This document shows, piece after piece, positions 12,101 through 26,212 of a DNA stretch of 64,000 nt (position 1 is the stretch's first letter; each line of letters starts with the position of its first letter). Under the pieces are notes generated by a model that was not told the DNA's origin, searched no databases, and worked only from the letters and a program-made list of their open reading frames with translations. The stretch is from assembly GCA_002269645.1 (NCBI GenBank), contig NIVC01001448.1:124001-188000 (forward strand). The letters are read 5' to 3'. The DNA comes from Macrostomum lignano. Taxonomy: Eukaryota. Position numbers and translations under genes: made by a program.

Positions 12101-15100
12101 ACCCTGTTATTGAAGAGTGGACACCCTGTTATCAAAGAGTAGACACCCTGCTATTGAAGAGGGGATACCCTGTTATTGAAGAGTGGACACCCTTTTATTG
12201 AAGAGTGGACACCCTTTTATTTAAGAGTGGACACCCTGTTATTGAAGAGTGGACACCCTAATATTGAAGAGTGGACACCCTTTTATTGAAGAGTGGACAC
12301 CCTGCTATTGAAGAGGGGATACCCTGTTATTGAAGAGTGGACACCCTGTTATTGAAGAGTGGACACCCTGTTATCAAAGAGTGGACACCCTGTTATTGAA
12401 GAGTGGACACCTTGCTATTGAAGAGTGGACACCCTGCTATTGAAGAGTGGACACCCTGTTATCAAAGAGTGGACACCCTGCTATTGAAGAGGGGATACCC
12501 TGTTATTGAAGAGTGGACACCCTTTTATTGAAGAGTGGACACCCTGTTATTTAAGAGTGGACACCCTGTTATTGAAGAGTGGACACCCTAATATTGAAGA
12601 GTGGACACCCTTTTATTGAAGAGTGGACACCCTGCTATTGAAGAGGGGATACCCTGTTATTGAAGAGTGGACACCCTTTTATTGAAGAGTGGACACCCTG
12701 TTATTGAAGAGTGGACACCCTGTTATCAAAGAGTGGACACCCGCTATTGAGGAGTGTGGACACCCTACAGTATCAAAGAGTGGACACCCTGCTATTGAAG
12801 AGTGGACACCCTGTTATTGAAGAGTGGACACCCTTTTATTGAAGAGTGGACACCCTGCTATTGAAGAGTGGCCACCCTGTTATTGAAGAGTGGACACCCT
12901 GTTATTGAAGAGTGGACACCCTTTTATTGAAGAGTGGACACCCTGTTATTGAAGAGTGGACACCCTGTTATTGAAGAGTGGACACCCTGTTATTGAAGAG
13001 TGGACACCCTGTTATTGAAGAGTGGACACCCTGTTATTGAAGAGTGGACACCCTGTTATTGAAGAGTGGACACCCTGTTATTGAAGAGTGGACACCCTGT
13101 TATTGAAGAGTGGACACCCTGTTATTGAAGAGTGGACACCCTGTTATTGAAGAGTGGACACCCTTTTATTGAAGAGTGGACACCCTGTTATTGAAGAGTG
13201 GACACCCTGTTATTGAAGAGTGGACACCCTGTTATTGAAGAGTGGACACCCTTTTATTGAAGAGTGGACACCCTGTTATTGAAGAGTGGACACCCTGCTA
13301 TTGAAGAGTGGACACCCTGTTATTGAAGAGTGGACACCCTGTTATTGAAGAGTGAACACCCTTTATTGAAGAGTGGACACCCTGCTATTGAAGAGTGGAC
13401 ACCCTGCTATTGAAGAGTGGACACCCTGCTATTGAAGAGTGGACACCCTGTTATTGAAGAGTGGACACCCTTTTATTGAAGAGTGGACACCCTGTTATTG
13501 AAGAGTGGACACCATGTTATAGAAGAGTGGACACCCTGCTATCAAAGAGTGGACACCCTGCTATTGAAGAGTGGACACCCTGCTATTGAAGAGTGGACAC
13601 CCTGTTATCAAAGAGTGGACACCCTGCTATTGAAGAGTGGACACCCTGTTATCAAAGAGTGGACACCCTGCTATTGAAGAGTGGACACCCTGTTATTGAA
13701 GAGTGGACACCCTGTTATTGAAGAGTGGACACCCTGCTATTAAAGAGTGGACACCCTGCTATTGAAGAGTGGACACCCTGTTATTGAAGAGTGAACACCC
13801 TGTTATCAAAGAGTAGACACCCTGCTATTGAAGAGGGGATACCCTGTTATTGAAGAGTGGACACCCTGCTATTGAAGAGTGGACACCCTTTTATTTAAGA
13901 GTGGACACCCTGTTATTGAAGAGTGGACACCCTAATATTGAAGAGTGGACACCCTTTTATTGAAGAGTGGACACCCTGCTATTGAAGAGGGATACCCTGT
14001 TATTGAAGAGTGGACACCCTGTTATTGAAGAGTGGACACCCTGTTATCAAAGAGTGGACACCCTGTTATTGAAGAGTGGACACCTTGCTATTGAAGAGTG
14101 GACACCCTGCTATTGAAGAGTGGACACCCTGTTATCAAGAGTGGACACCCTGCTATTGAAGAGGGATACCCTGTTATTGAAGAGTGGACACCCTTTATTG
14201 AAGAGTGGACACCCTGTTATTTAAGAGTGGACACCCTGTTATTGAAGAGTGGACACCCTAATATTGAAGAGTGGACACCCTTTTATTGAAGAGTGGACAC
14301 CCTGCTATTGAAGAGGGATACCCTGTTATTGAAGAGTGGACACCCTTTTATTGAAGAGTGGACACCCTGTTATTGAAGAGTGGACACCCTGTTATCAAAG
14401 AGTGGACACCCCGCTATTGAGGAGTGTGGACACCCTACAGTATCAAAGAGTGGACACCCTGCTATTGAAGAGTGGACACCCTGTTATTGAAGAGTGGACA
14501 CCCTTTTATTGAAGAGTGGACACCCTGCTATTGAAGAGTGGCACCCTGCTATTGAAGAGTGGACACCCTGTTATTGAAGAGTGGACACCCTTTATTGAAG
14601 AGTGGACACCCTGTTATTGAAGAGTGGACACCCTGTTATTGAAGAGTGGACACCCTGTTATTGAAGAGTGGACACCCTGTTATTGAAGAGTGGACACCCT
14701 GTTATTGAAGAGTGGACACCCTGTTATTGAAGAGTGGACACCCTGTTATTGAAGAGTGGACACCCTGTTATTGAAGAGTGGACACCCTGTTATTGAAGAG
14801 TGGACACCCTGTTATTGAAGAGTGGACACCCTTTATTGAAGAGTGGACACCCTGTTATTGAAGAGTGGACACCCTGTTATTGAAGAGTGGACACCCTGTT
14901 ATTGAAGAGTGGACACCCTTTTATTGAAGAGTGGACACCCTGTTATTGAAGAGTGGACACCCTGCTATTGAAGAGTGGACACCCTGTTATTGAAGAGTGG
15001 ACACCCTGTTATTGAAGAGTGAACACCCTTTTATTGAAGAGTGGACACCCTGCTATTGAAGAGTGGACACCCTGCTATTGAAGAGTGGACACCCTGCTAT

Positions 15101-18100
15101 TGAAGAGTGGACACCCTGTTATTGAAGAGTGGACACCCTTTTATTGAAGAGTGGACACCCTGTTATTGAAGAGTGGACACCATGTTATAGAAGAGTGGAC
15201 ACCCTGCTATCAAAGAGTGGACACCCTGCTATTGAAGAGTGGACACCCTGCTATTGAAGAGTGGACACCCTGTTATCAAAGAGTGGACACCCTGCTATTG
15301 AAGAGTGGACACCCTGTTATCAAGAGTGGACACCCTGTTATTGAAGAGTGGACACCCTGCTATTGAAGAGTGGACACCCTGCTATTGAAGAGTGGACACC
15401 CTGTTTTGAAGAGTGAACACCCTGTATCAAAGAGTGACACCCTGCTATTGAAGAGGATACCCTGTTATTGAAGAGTGGACACCCTGCTATTGAAGAGTGG
15501 ACACCCTGTTATTTAAGAGTGGACACCCTGTTATTGAAGAGTGGACACCCTAATATTGAAGAGTGGACACCCTTTTATTGAAGAGTGGACACCCTGCTAT
15601 TGAAGAGGGATACCCTGTTATTGAAGAGTGGACACCCTTTTATTGAAGAGTGGACACCCTGTTATTGAAGAGTGGACACCCTGTTATCAAGAGTGGACAC
15701 CCTGCTATTGAGGAGTGTGGACACCCTACAGTATCAAAGAGTGGACACCCTGCTATTGAAGAGTGGACACCCTGTTATTGAAGAGTGGACACCCTTTTAT
15801 TGAAGAGTGGACACCCTGTTATTGAAGAGTGGCCACCCTGTTATTGAAGAGTGGACACCCTGTTATTGAAGAGTGGACACCCTGTTATTGAAGAGTGGAC
15901 ACCCTGTTATCAAAGAGTGGACACCCCGCTATTGAGGAGTGTGGACACCCTACAGTATCGAAGAGTGGACACCCTGCTATTGAAGAGTGGACACCCTGCT
16001 ATTGAAGAGTGGACACCCTGTTATCAAAGAGTGGACACCCTGCTATTGAAGAGTGGACACCCTGTTATTGAAGAGTGGACACCCTGTTATTGAAGAGTGG
16101 ACACCCTGTTATCAAAGTGTGGACACCCTGCTATTAAAGAGTGGACACCCTGTTATTGAAGAGTGGACACCCTGTTATTGAAGAGTGGACGCCCTGCTAT
16201 TGAAGAGTGGACACCCTGCTATTGAAGAGGGGATACCCTGTTATTGAAGAGTGGACACCCTATTATTAAAGAGTGGACACCCTGCTATTGAAGAGTGGAC
16301 ACCCTGTTATTGAAGAGTGGACACCCTGTTATTGAAGAGTGGACACCCTGTTATCAAAGAGTGGACACCCTGCTATTAAAGAGTGGACACCCTGCTATTG
16401 AAGAGTGGACACCCTGCTATTGAAGAGTGGACACCCTGCTATTGAAGAGTGGATACCCTGTTATTGAAGAGTGGACACCCTGCTATTGAAGAGTGGACAC
16501 CCTGCTATTGAAGAGTGGACACCCTGCTATTGAAGAGTGGATACCCTGTTATTGAAGAGTGGACACCCTGTTATTGAAGAGTGAACACCCTGCTATTGAA
16601 GAGTGGACACCCTGCTATTGAAGAGTGGACACCCTGCTATTGAAGAGTGGACACCCTGCTATTGAAGAGTGGATACCCTGTTATTGAAGAGTGGACACCC
16701 TGCTATTGAAGAGTGGACACCCTGCTATTGAAGAGTGGACACCCTGCTATTGAAGAGTGGATACCCTGTTATTGAAGAGTGGACACCCTGTTATTGAAGA
16801 GTGGACACCCTGCTATTGAAGAGTGGATACCCTGTTATTGAAGAGTGGACACCCTGTTATTGAAGAGTGGACACCCTGTCATTAAAGACTTTTTTCATAC
16901 ATGATATTATTGTGAATGACCCACTGATTCTGCAAGCTGTTTAACCTTCAACCTCCGCTTCATAAAGTACAACTTCATCAGTTATTGAGAACATTGAGCC
17001 CCAGTGCATCCATCACTCATCAATAAGCTGGTGCCTTCAAATTTGCTAGCATATTTTAGAGCTGTCAGGTTCTGCCTGATGAATGAGGCTCCATACCTAG
17101 CTTACGGCAAACTTGACAAATAGACTATAAATTTGATTTGACAGCGTGTGTCGCTGTAAATCTAACAACAAAACATATCCTTGATTGTTTTTAGCCAGTG
17201 TACTTGACATCAACATGGAGGTGGTCATTGCCAGCTTCGATAGCATCTCTGAGGTTAATATGGTGAGTGCATTTTGATATTTTGTTTATTTAACTGGCTG
17301 TTTATGTTATATGCTTCAAATCACAATGGTATTCGTTTCTTCTTCGTCTCTACAAATCTAAGCTAGATAATCTCACCCCTGAGATTCGTGTCTATTCAAA
17401 GCTAAGCTAGATAATCTCACCCCTGAGATTCGTGTCTACACAAAGCTAAGCTAGATAATCTCACCCCTGAGATTCGTGGCTACACAAAGCTAAGCTAGAT
17501 AATCTCACCCCTGAGATTCGTGTCTATTCAAATCTAAGCTAGATAATCTCACCCCTGAGATTCGTGTCTATACAAATCTAAGCTAGATAATCTCACCCCT
17601 GAGATTCGTGTCTATTTAAATCTAAGCTAGATAATCTCACCCCTGAGATTCGTGTCTATTCAAAGCTAAGCTAGATAATCTCACCCCTGAGATTCGTGTC
17701 TACACAAAGCTAAGCTAGATAATCTCACCCCTGAGATTCGTGTCTATTCAAAGCTAAGCTAGATAATCTCACCCCAGAGATTCGTGTCTACACAAAGCTA
17801 AGCTAGATAATCTCACCCCTGAGATTCGTGGCTACACAAAGCTAAGCTAGATAATCTCACCCCTGAGATTCGTGTCTATACAAATCTAAGCTAGATAATC
17901 TCACCCCTGAGATTCGTGTCTATACAAATCTAAGCTAGATAATCTCACCCCTGAGATTCGTGTCTATACAAATCTAAGCTAGATAATCTCACCCCTGAGA
18001 TTCGTGTCTATTTAAATCTAAGCTAGATAATCTCACCCCTGAGATTTGTGTTTATTCAAATCTAAGCTAGATAATCTCACCCCTGAGATTCGTGTTTATT

Positions 18101-21100
18101 CAAATCTAAGCTAGATAATCTCACCCCTGAGATTCGTGTCTATACAAATCTAAGCTAGATAATCTCACACCTGAGATTCGTGTCTATACAAATCAAAGCT
18201 AGATAATCTCACCCCTGAGATTCGTGTCTATACAAATCTAAGCTAGATAATCTCACCCCTGAGATTCGTGTCTATTTAAATCTAAGCTAGATAATCTCAC
18301 CCCTGAGATTTGTGTTTATTCAAATCTAAGCTAGATAATCTCACCCCTGAGATTCGTGTTTATTCAAATCTAAGCTAGATAATCTCACCCCTGAGATTCG
18401 TGTCTATACAAATCTAAGCTAGATAATCTCACACCTGAGATTTGTGTCTACACAAAGCTAAGCTAGATAATCTCACCCTGAGATTCGTGTCTATTCAAAT
18501 CCAAGCTAGATAATCTCACCCTGAGATTCGTGTCTATTCAAATCCAAGCTAGATAATCTCACCCCTGAGATTCGCGTTTATTCAAATCTAAGCTAGATAA
18601 TCTCACCCCTGAGATTTGTGTCTACACAAAGCTAAGCTAGATAATCTCACCCCTGAGATTCGTGTTTATTCAAATCTAAGCTGGATAATCTCACGTGAGA
18701 TTCGTCTCTAAAATCAAAGCCTAATAATTTATAAGAAAATAATGGTTCCAGACAATTTACATGTATTGCTACCTTAGAATATCGGCCCACAATAAAACCT
18801 TTTTCAAAAAATGTTCCCGAAATCAACAGTTTAAAAAATGAAACATTTCCCTAAAAAAATTCTCGCAAACAGACGAACGATTAAAGCAAGATTAACTTTG
18901 CTAGCAGAACTGCATGGCCCAAGTCATCAGCAAGTTAAACAAAATTAACAACCAAATCTCTGTGCACGGAATGCACACGTCTCGGTCTTGACTTTAAAAT
19001 AAAAGTACAAAATTTGAAGCAGAACATGCAACCCTATGGGCAGATAAAGATGTAGCCAACCTAAAATTCTTTTTCATTTTTCATCTGCTGAACTATTCTG
19101 CCGGAATGGAGAGAGATTGGGGGGGGGGGCTAAGCGAGAGACTTCATCACAATTAATACAGAACTATTATTATTAATATATAATGGGTGAAACGCGGACA
19201 GGGAGTCCCTCAATCCTTGAGCGACAACTCTATAGAAAACTTTTCAACATCGACTTTTTCTCTTTCTTTCTCGGCTACTCGCGGAAGTCTGCCGGCTAAA
19301 TTTTGCTTGCTTGCCGTCCCCGCTTATCAAGAGGTGGCCTTACTCGATCTTCCTCTCCTCTCTCCTCTCTCCTTTCTTCTCAGCCGCATATGTGTGGCCT
19401 CATGCTAGCCTAGGCTAGGCTAGTCCAGTCCAGTCCAGTCCAGTCCAGTCCAGTCCAGTCCAGTCCAGTCCAGTTCCAAAGAGACAGACAGACAGGGGTG
19501 CCCACCAAGAGACTGGGGCGCCCACCAAGAGACAGGGGCGCCCACCAAGAGACAGGGGCACCCAACCAAGAGACAAGGGCGCCCACCAAGAGACAGGGGC
19601 GCCCACCAAGAGACAGGGGCGCCCACCAAGAGACAGGGGCACCCAACCAAGAGACAGGGGCACCCACCAAGAGACAGGGGCGCCCACCAAGAGACAGGGG
19701 CACCCACCAAGAGACAGGGGCGCCCACCAAGAGACAGGGGCACCCAACAAAGAGACAGGGGCACCCACCAAGAGACAGGGGCACCCACCAAGAGACAGGG
19801 GCGCCCACCAAGAGACAGGGGCGCCCACCAAGAGACAGGGGCACCCAACCAAGAGACAGGGGCGCCCACCAAGAGACAGGGGCGCCCACTAAGAGACAGG
19901 GGCGCCCACCAAGAGACAGTGGCGCCCACCAAGAGACAGGGGCGCCCACCAAGAGACAGGGGCGCCCACCAAGAGACAGGGGCGCCCACAAAGAGACAGG
20001 GGCGCCCACCAAGAGACAGGGGGCACCCAACCAAGAGACAGGGGCGCCCACCAAGAGACAGGGGGCACCCAACCAAGAGACAGGGGCGCCCACCAAAAGA
20101 CAGGGGCGCCCACCAAGAGACAGGAGCGCCCACCAAGAGACAGGGGCGCCCACCAAGAGACAGGGGCGCCCACCAAGAGACAGGGGCACCCAACCAAGAG
20201 ACAGGGGCGCCCACCAAGAGACAGGGGCACCAGGGTGCCCACAGCGAAACTGCGAAAATGTATTAATCTAAGGGCCTGCAGATGCACTTGATCTCTAATT
20301 TTTTCGATGCGTTGTGCTTTCAGGTAAATTTTTAAACCGAAAATTCAGAGTATGCTTCCTATTTCGAAAAATATATCTTTAACATGCAGAATTTTGCGTG
20401 TGAAACTGAAAGTGTTGTCCTTGAGAAAGTTCTTCACGAAAGCACGCAGTGCTGATTTAAGTTCATTACTGGAGTCTTTTAACTTTGATTAAGTTAGTAG
20501 ACAGAACGAAATTTAAAAGAAGATAGAAATGCTAAAAAGTTCAGCGAGAAATTCTAAAGAATATTTGGTGATAGTGTGTTTAAGTTAACTTATTTTATGA
20601 AAGTATACAGGTCTTAAGGGTGCACTATGCATTATAATCCCGTTGTAACTCCGTAGTCACTCTCCATTGTCACTTTCCATTGTCACTCTCCATTGTCAAT
20701 CTCCATTGTCACTCTCCATTGTCACTCTCCATTGTCACTTTCCATTGCCACTCTCCATTGTCACTCTCTATTGTCACTCTCCATTGTCACTCTTCATTTT
20801 CACTCTCCTTTGTCACTCTCAATTGTCACTCTCCATTGTCACTCTCCATTGTCACTCTCCATTTTCACTCTCCTTTGTCACTCTCCATTGTCACTCTACA
20901 TTGTCACTCTCTATTATCCCTTCGTTCTCTCACTCTATTCTCACTCTGTATAGCACTCGGTTGTTTTTCACTCTAATAGTACTCCAGTGACCCTTTATTC
21001 TCAAATATCTCGGTCTCAACTCACGGTTCAATTCACCCCACCCGCCCGCAGGACTACACCATAACGATGTACCTCAACCAGTACTGGACCGACAGGCGAC

Positions 21101-24100
21101 TCGCTTTCGACGTGAAGAATCCCAACAAGTCGATGACTCTGACAGGCGAGTTCGCCAGCAGGATCTGGGTGCCCGACACTTTTCTCGCCAACGACAAGCA
21201 TTCGTTTCTGCACGACGTGACCGAGCAGAACAAGATGGTCCGGTTGTATGGAGATGGCAGGATAATCTACGGGATGAGGTGAGTTTGAGACCTGTAGGAC
21301 TGTACAATCTATGTGCAGAAATCGATAATGAAAATGGCACTAATAGAAGAATTGATTTTTCAATAATTATCAACTTATAAACTTTGATTTCAGATTCACT
21401 ACCACTTTGGCCTGCATGATGGATCTGCACTATTACCCGCTGGATGTGCAGAATTGCACTGTGGAGATTGAAAGCTGTGAGTTGGGTCGAATAATCCTAT
21501 AAATTATAATCCCCATACTCAAATAACACCTACATAAGACTCCCCTCAATTTATCATCCCTACATCAAATATCCCCTAATCAAATATCCCCTACATCAAA
21601 TATCCCCAAACATCAAATATCCCCTACATCAAATATCCCCTAACATCAAATATCCCTAACATCAAATATCCTTACATAAAACATCCCCTACATCAAATAT
21701 CCCCTAAGTAAAATATCCCCTACATCAAATATCCCCCTAAGTAAAATATCCCCTACATCAAATATCCCCTAACATCAAACATCCCCTAAATCAAACATCC
21801 CCTAACATCAAATATCCCCTACATCAAATATTCCCTAAGTAAAATAACCCCTACATCAAATATCCCCTAAGTAAAATATCCCCTACATCAAATATCCCCT
21901 AAGTAAAATATCCCCTACATCAAATATCCCCTAAGTAAAATATCCCCTACATCAAATATCCCCTAAGTAAAATATCCCCTACATCTAATATACCCGACAC
22001 TAAATTTCCCCAACATTGAAACTCCCCACCCGCAGACGGCTACCCCACAGAGGACGTTACGATGCAGTGGAAAAACGGGCAGTCTGCAGTTGATGGGGCT
22101 GACAGAGTGAAAATGCCGCAATTCACTTTGGAACATTTCGAAGTCGGCACAACAACCATCTCTTTGTCAACGGGTGAGCGCCAACCATTCTAAAAATAGA
22201 TCAACCCAGTATTATGGAACATTTTGGTCAATTAGCAGTAAAACAAAAACTGCCTTGGGGGTCACGCAAGAGGAAGTACTTGAGTCTAGTTGATTAATTA
22301 ATCAGCATCCAAAATGACTCCCTGAATTGGGGAAGTTTGTGTTCTATAATTAGAGATCCAGTTCCCCCTGACAACCAGTTCCATATATGGCTTCCAATTT
22401 CAGGTGCCTACCAGCGATTGTCGCTGGTGTTCCGACTGCGCAGGAATGTTGGCTTCTTTGTGTTTCAAACCTACCTGCCCTCCATACTCATTGTCATGCT
22501 GTCCTGGGTGTCCTTTTGGATCAACCACGAGGCAACATCCGCCAGGGTTGCTCTGGGTGAGCTGTCAATTATCTGACGTCCTCATTATCAATCTGTCATC
22601 CTGAATATCGATCTGACATCCTCATAATCAATCTGTCATTCTGAATATCGATCTGACATCCTCATAATCAATCTGACATCCTCATTATCAATCTATCATT
22701 CTGAATATCGATCTGACATCCTCATTATCAATCTGTCATTCTGAATATCGATCTGACATCCTCATAATCCATCTGACATCCTCATTATCAATCTGACATC
22801 CTCATTATCAATCTGACATCCTCATAATCAATCTGACATCTTCATTATCAATCTGTCATTCTGAATATCGATCTGACATCCTCATAATCAATCTGACATC
22901 CTCATTATCAATCTGTCATTCTGAATATCGATCTGACATCCTCATAATCAATCTGACATCCTCATTATCAATCTGTCATTCTGAATATCGATCTGACATC
23001 CTCATTATCAATCTGACATCCTCATTATCAATCTGTCATTCTGAATATCGATCTGACATCCTCATAATCAATCTGACATCCTCATTATCAATCTGACTTT
23101 CTCATTAGCCATCTGACATCCTCATTATCAATCTGACATCCTCATTGGCAATCTGACACATCCTCTCATTATCAATCTGACATCCTCATTATCAATCTGA
23201 CGTCCTCATTATCAGTTGAAATCTTCATTATCAATCAGACATTCTCAATATGTATATCAATATGACATTCTGATTAAGCTATCTTATTCCAAAATATCTC
23301 AATAAAGCATCTTACCTGAACCGCCACCGCTCAGGCATCACAACCGTGCTCACCATGACAACCATAAGCACCGGCGTGAGATCCTCGCTACCTCGCATAA
23401 GCTACGTGAAAGCTATAGACATCTACCTGGTCATGTGCTTTGTGTTCGTGTTCGCCGCGTTGCTCGAGTACGCCATGGTCAACTACACCTACTGGGGCGC
23501 CAGGGCCAAGCGGAAGGCCAAACGATTGAAAGATGGAGAAGAGAATCTGGCAAATACCAGCTTTATGGATAATTCGGTAACTACATGTATTTTTTCACTT
23601 CTATAACCATCATTGATAGCAATTACTGATCACTGATAAGGCACTGATAGCAGTCATTGATAACAGTCACTGATAACAGTCACTGATAGCAGTCATTGAT
23701 GATTTTGACCTGCCTGTATCACACCGCACCGCAGTACTTCGCGGGCAATTTCGACCGAGCAGCACCGCCTCAGCACCGATTGTCTCCCATTATTGGGATT
23801 CGAGCGAGTGGTCTGCGCCAGCAGCAGCTCAATGATACTTCAGCAGTAGAATCTGGAGCAGCAGCATCAGCAAACGCTTCTGAAGGCGAACCAACCGGAC
23901 ATTCTTCAGACGATAACGGAGTTGAATCTGCAGCCGACCCGCCCGCTCAGGTGTACCCCAGACAGCCGCCAGCAATCCCCATGTACCCACCAATGAGTCC
24001 CCACCTGCCGTATATCAGCCGGCCCAGTTACCTGTTCGGAAGCAGTTATCACCATCACGGATTCCGGTCCCAGCTGCGTCACAGGCGTCATCACCAATCG

Positions 24101-24361
24101 TCAGCTGGCAACCACCTGCACCAGCAGCAGGCACAGATGTACAGCTTGAACTCACAAAGCCATCACTGCTCCAGCTATCAGCAGGCTAAACGACGCTACC
24201 GTCTAATGAGCAACATTCGACAGAGGGCCAAACATATTCGCAATCAAATACCAAGGATCAAGGATGTGAACAAGATTGACAAATATTCGAGACTGGCTTT
24301 TCCGTCGCTGTTTGTACTTTTCAATTTGTGCTACTGGTGCTTTTACTTGCTGACTGGCTGA
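9149..24361 (+). CDS. Lcch3: Cys-loop ligand-gated chloride channel, GABA-A receptor beta / LCCH3-like (580 aa); exons 9149-9353, 17195-17262, 21052-21278, 21394-21476, 22036-22173, 22404-22556, 23335-23576, 23735-24361
   Basis: Motifs [45 protein letters not shown], Cys-loop [16 protein letters not shown]1 [21 protein letters not shown]2 [18 protein letters not shown]3 and M4 [17 protein letters not shown]. All junctions are GT-AG with matching phase; total 1743 nt. Confidence 0.93.
9520..16885 (+). repeat. ~7.3-kb 22-bp minisatellite array (TTATTGAAGAGTGGACACCCTG)n in intron 1 of the channel gene
   Basis: More than 300 units; variant patterns recur at ~1670 bp (ORFs 11809, 13483, 15151). 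Confidence 0.98.
17358..18705 (+). repeat. 44-bp minisatellite (CTAAGCTAGATAATCTCACCCCTGAGATTCGTGTCTATACAAAT)n
   Basis: About 30 units in intron 2. Confidence 0.97.
19420..20240 (-). repeat. (CAGTC)n microsatellite plus the same 21-bp GGCGCCCCTGTCTCTTGGTG family as 2740-5510, in reverse orientation
   Basis: Units CACCAAGAGACAGGGGCGCC are the reverse complement of the variant at 5220-5400. Confidence 0.93.
20655..20910 (+). repeat. 13-bp repeat (CTCCATTGTCACT)n
   Basis: Direct repetition. Confidence 0.9.
21545..22000 (+). repeat. ~17-bp repeat (CATCAAATATCCCCTAA)n in intron 4
   Basis: Direct repetition. Confidence 0.9.
22565..23240 (+). repeat. 20-bp repeat (ATCAATCTGACATCCTCATT)n in intron 6
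   Basis: Direct repetition. Confidence 0.92.
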
Positions 24362-24435
24362 CTGACTGCATGTACTTGTACTAGACTTTTGAATTATGAA
24401 ATAATGCCATGCTATGCATATGGTAAGGCGCCTAA

Positions 24436-24895
24436 ATGGGATCTTATATGGTGGGACTAAAATTGGATCTTAAAGTGGAACTAAAATGGGATTTTAAAGT
24501 GGAATTAAAATGGGATCTTGCAATGAGACTAAAATGGGATCTTACACTGGGACTAAAATGGGATCTTACAGTGGGACTAAAATGGGATCTTACAGTGGGA
24601 TTAAAATGGGATCTTACAGTGGGACTAAAATGGGATCTTAAAGTGGAACTGAAATGGGATTTTAAAGTGGAAATAATATGGGATCTTAAACTGAGACAAA
24701 ATTGGAATCTTAGAGTGGGACTAAAATGGGATCTTAAACTGAGACTAAAATGGGATCTTAAACTGATCAGACTAAAATGGGATCTTAAACTGATCAGACT
24801 AAAATGGGATCTTAAACTGGGACTAAAATGGGATCTTAAACTGATCAGACTAAAATGGGATCTTAAACTGAGACTTAACTGCGATCTTAAAGTGG
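24436..24895 (+). repeat. 24-bp repeat (GGGACTAAAATGGGATCTTAAACT)n just downstream of the channel stop codon
   Basis: Direct repetition; explains the LKWDL ORF. Confidence 0.92.
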
Positions 24896-25609
24896 CATTA
24901 CAATCTAATATTATTTTATAACATGTCCTTGGACCCCAAACGAGCTTGGCAATGTTTTGCAACAAAATCAATCAATCATACAAGCGCGTAGTTTACGAAT
25001 AATGTGTCGCAAAATTTAGTGTTAATAATTAAAACATGTTAATTCCGTAGCTACATTTTTTTCTATCTGATCAGTCTCTTGAACTCATCTGGCACATGAA
25101 ATGTACATACATGCCCCTTGCTCCATTCAGTTTAGCATGCAGTTAATGGTTTAAGTATGTTACATAATGCGATTTTACAAAACTTTGGCTCTGTCTGCAG
25201 AAAACTTGATTTACGATTTTTAAAAAAATCATTTAAAAGTCATGTACTACTGTATCAAGCAAATGCGCAAACACACTACTAAACTGCAGTTTGCTAAATA
25301 AGTAGAACAGCTTGTGTGCGATGTAATAAAACGAACGCCACAGTTGAATAAAAAGCATGACTAAAAATACAAAGTACACCTAGAATGTTCATGCTCCAAT
25401 AATATACTTTACTCACGGATGGATAATAGTAGTGCATGGTTGCTTTCATGTACATGTACATGTATTTTTTTGCTTTAATTTATAATTTACACGTTACGCG
25501 TAACACAAAAGGTCAAGCATAAACTACCTAAAAGTGCCTGACGAGTATACAAGCGACACTTAAGGCTGAGACACCCCACAGACAACTGACGGGTACCACT
25601 GCCATTTGA

Positions 25610-26212
25610 ATCCAATGCCTAACAGGTACCACTGATATCTGACACCCAATGCCTGACAGGTACCACTGATATCTGACACCCAATGTCTGACAGGTACCAC
25701 TGATATCTGACACCCAATGTCTGACAGGTACCACTGATATCTGACACCCAATGTCTGACAGGTACCACTGATATCTCACACCCAATGTCTGACAGGTACC
25801 ACTGATATCTGACACCCAATGTCTGACAGGTACCACTGATATCTGACACCCAATGTCTGACAGGTACCACTGATATCTGACACCCAATGTCTGACAGGTA
25901 CCACTGATATCTGACACCCAATGTCTGACAGGTACCACTGATATCTGACACCCAATGTCTGACAGGTACCACTGATATCTGACACCCAATGCCTGACAGG
26001 TACCACTGATATCTGACACCCAATGTCTGACAGGTACCACTGATATCTGACACCCAATGTCTGACAGGTACCACTGATATCTGACACCCAATGTCTGACA
26101 GGTACCACTGATATCTCACACCCAATGTCTGACAGGTACCACTGATATCTGACACCCAATGTCTGACAGGTACCACTGATATCTGACACCCAATGTCTGA
26201 CAGGTACCACTG
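25610..26212 (+). repeat. 34-bp minisatellite (CTGACAGGTACCACTGATATCTGACACCCAATGT)n
   Basis: About 17 near-perfect units. Confidence 0.96.

Noticed and set aside
9520-16885. Possible CRISPR array or repeat protein
   Set aside because: Units are contiguous with no unique spacers, the 22-bp period shifts frame, there are no cas genes and the context is eukaryotic.
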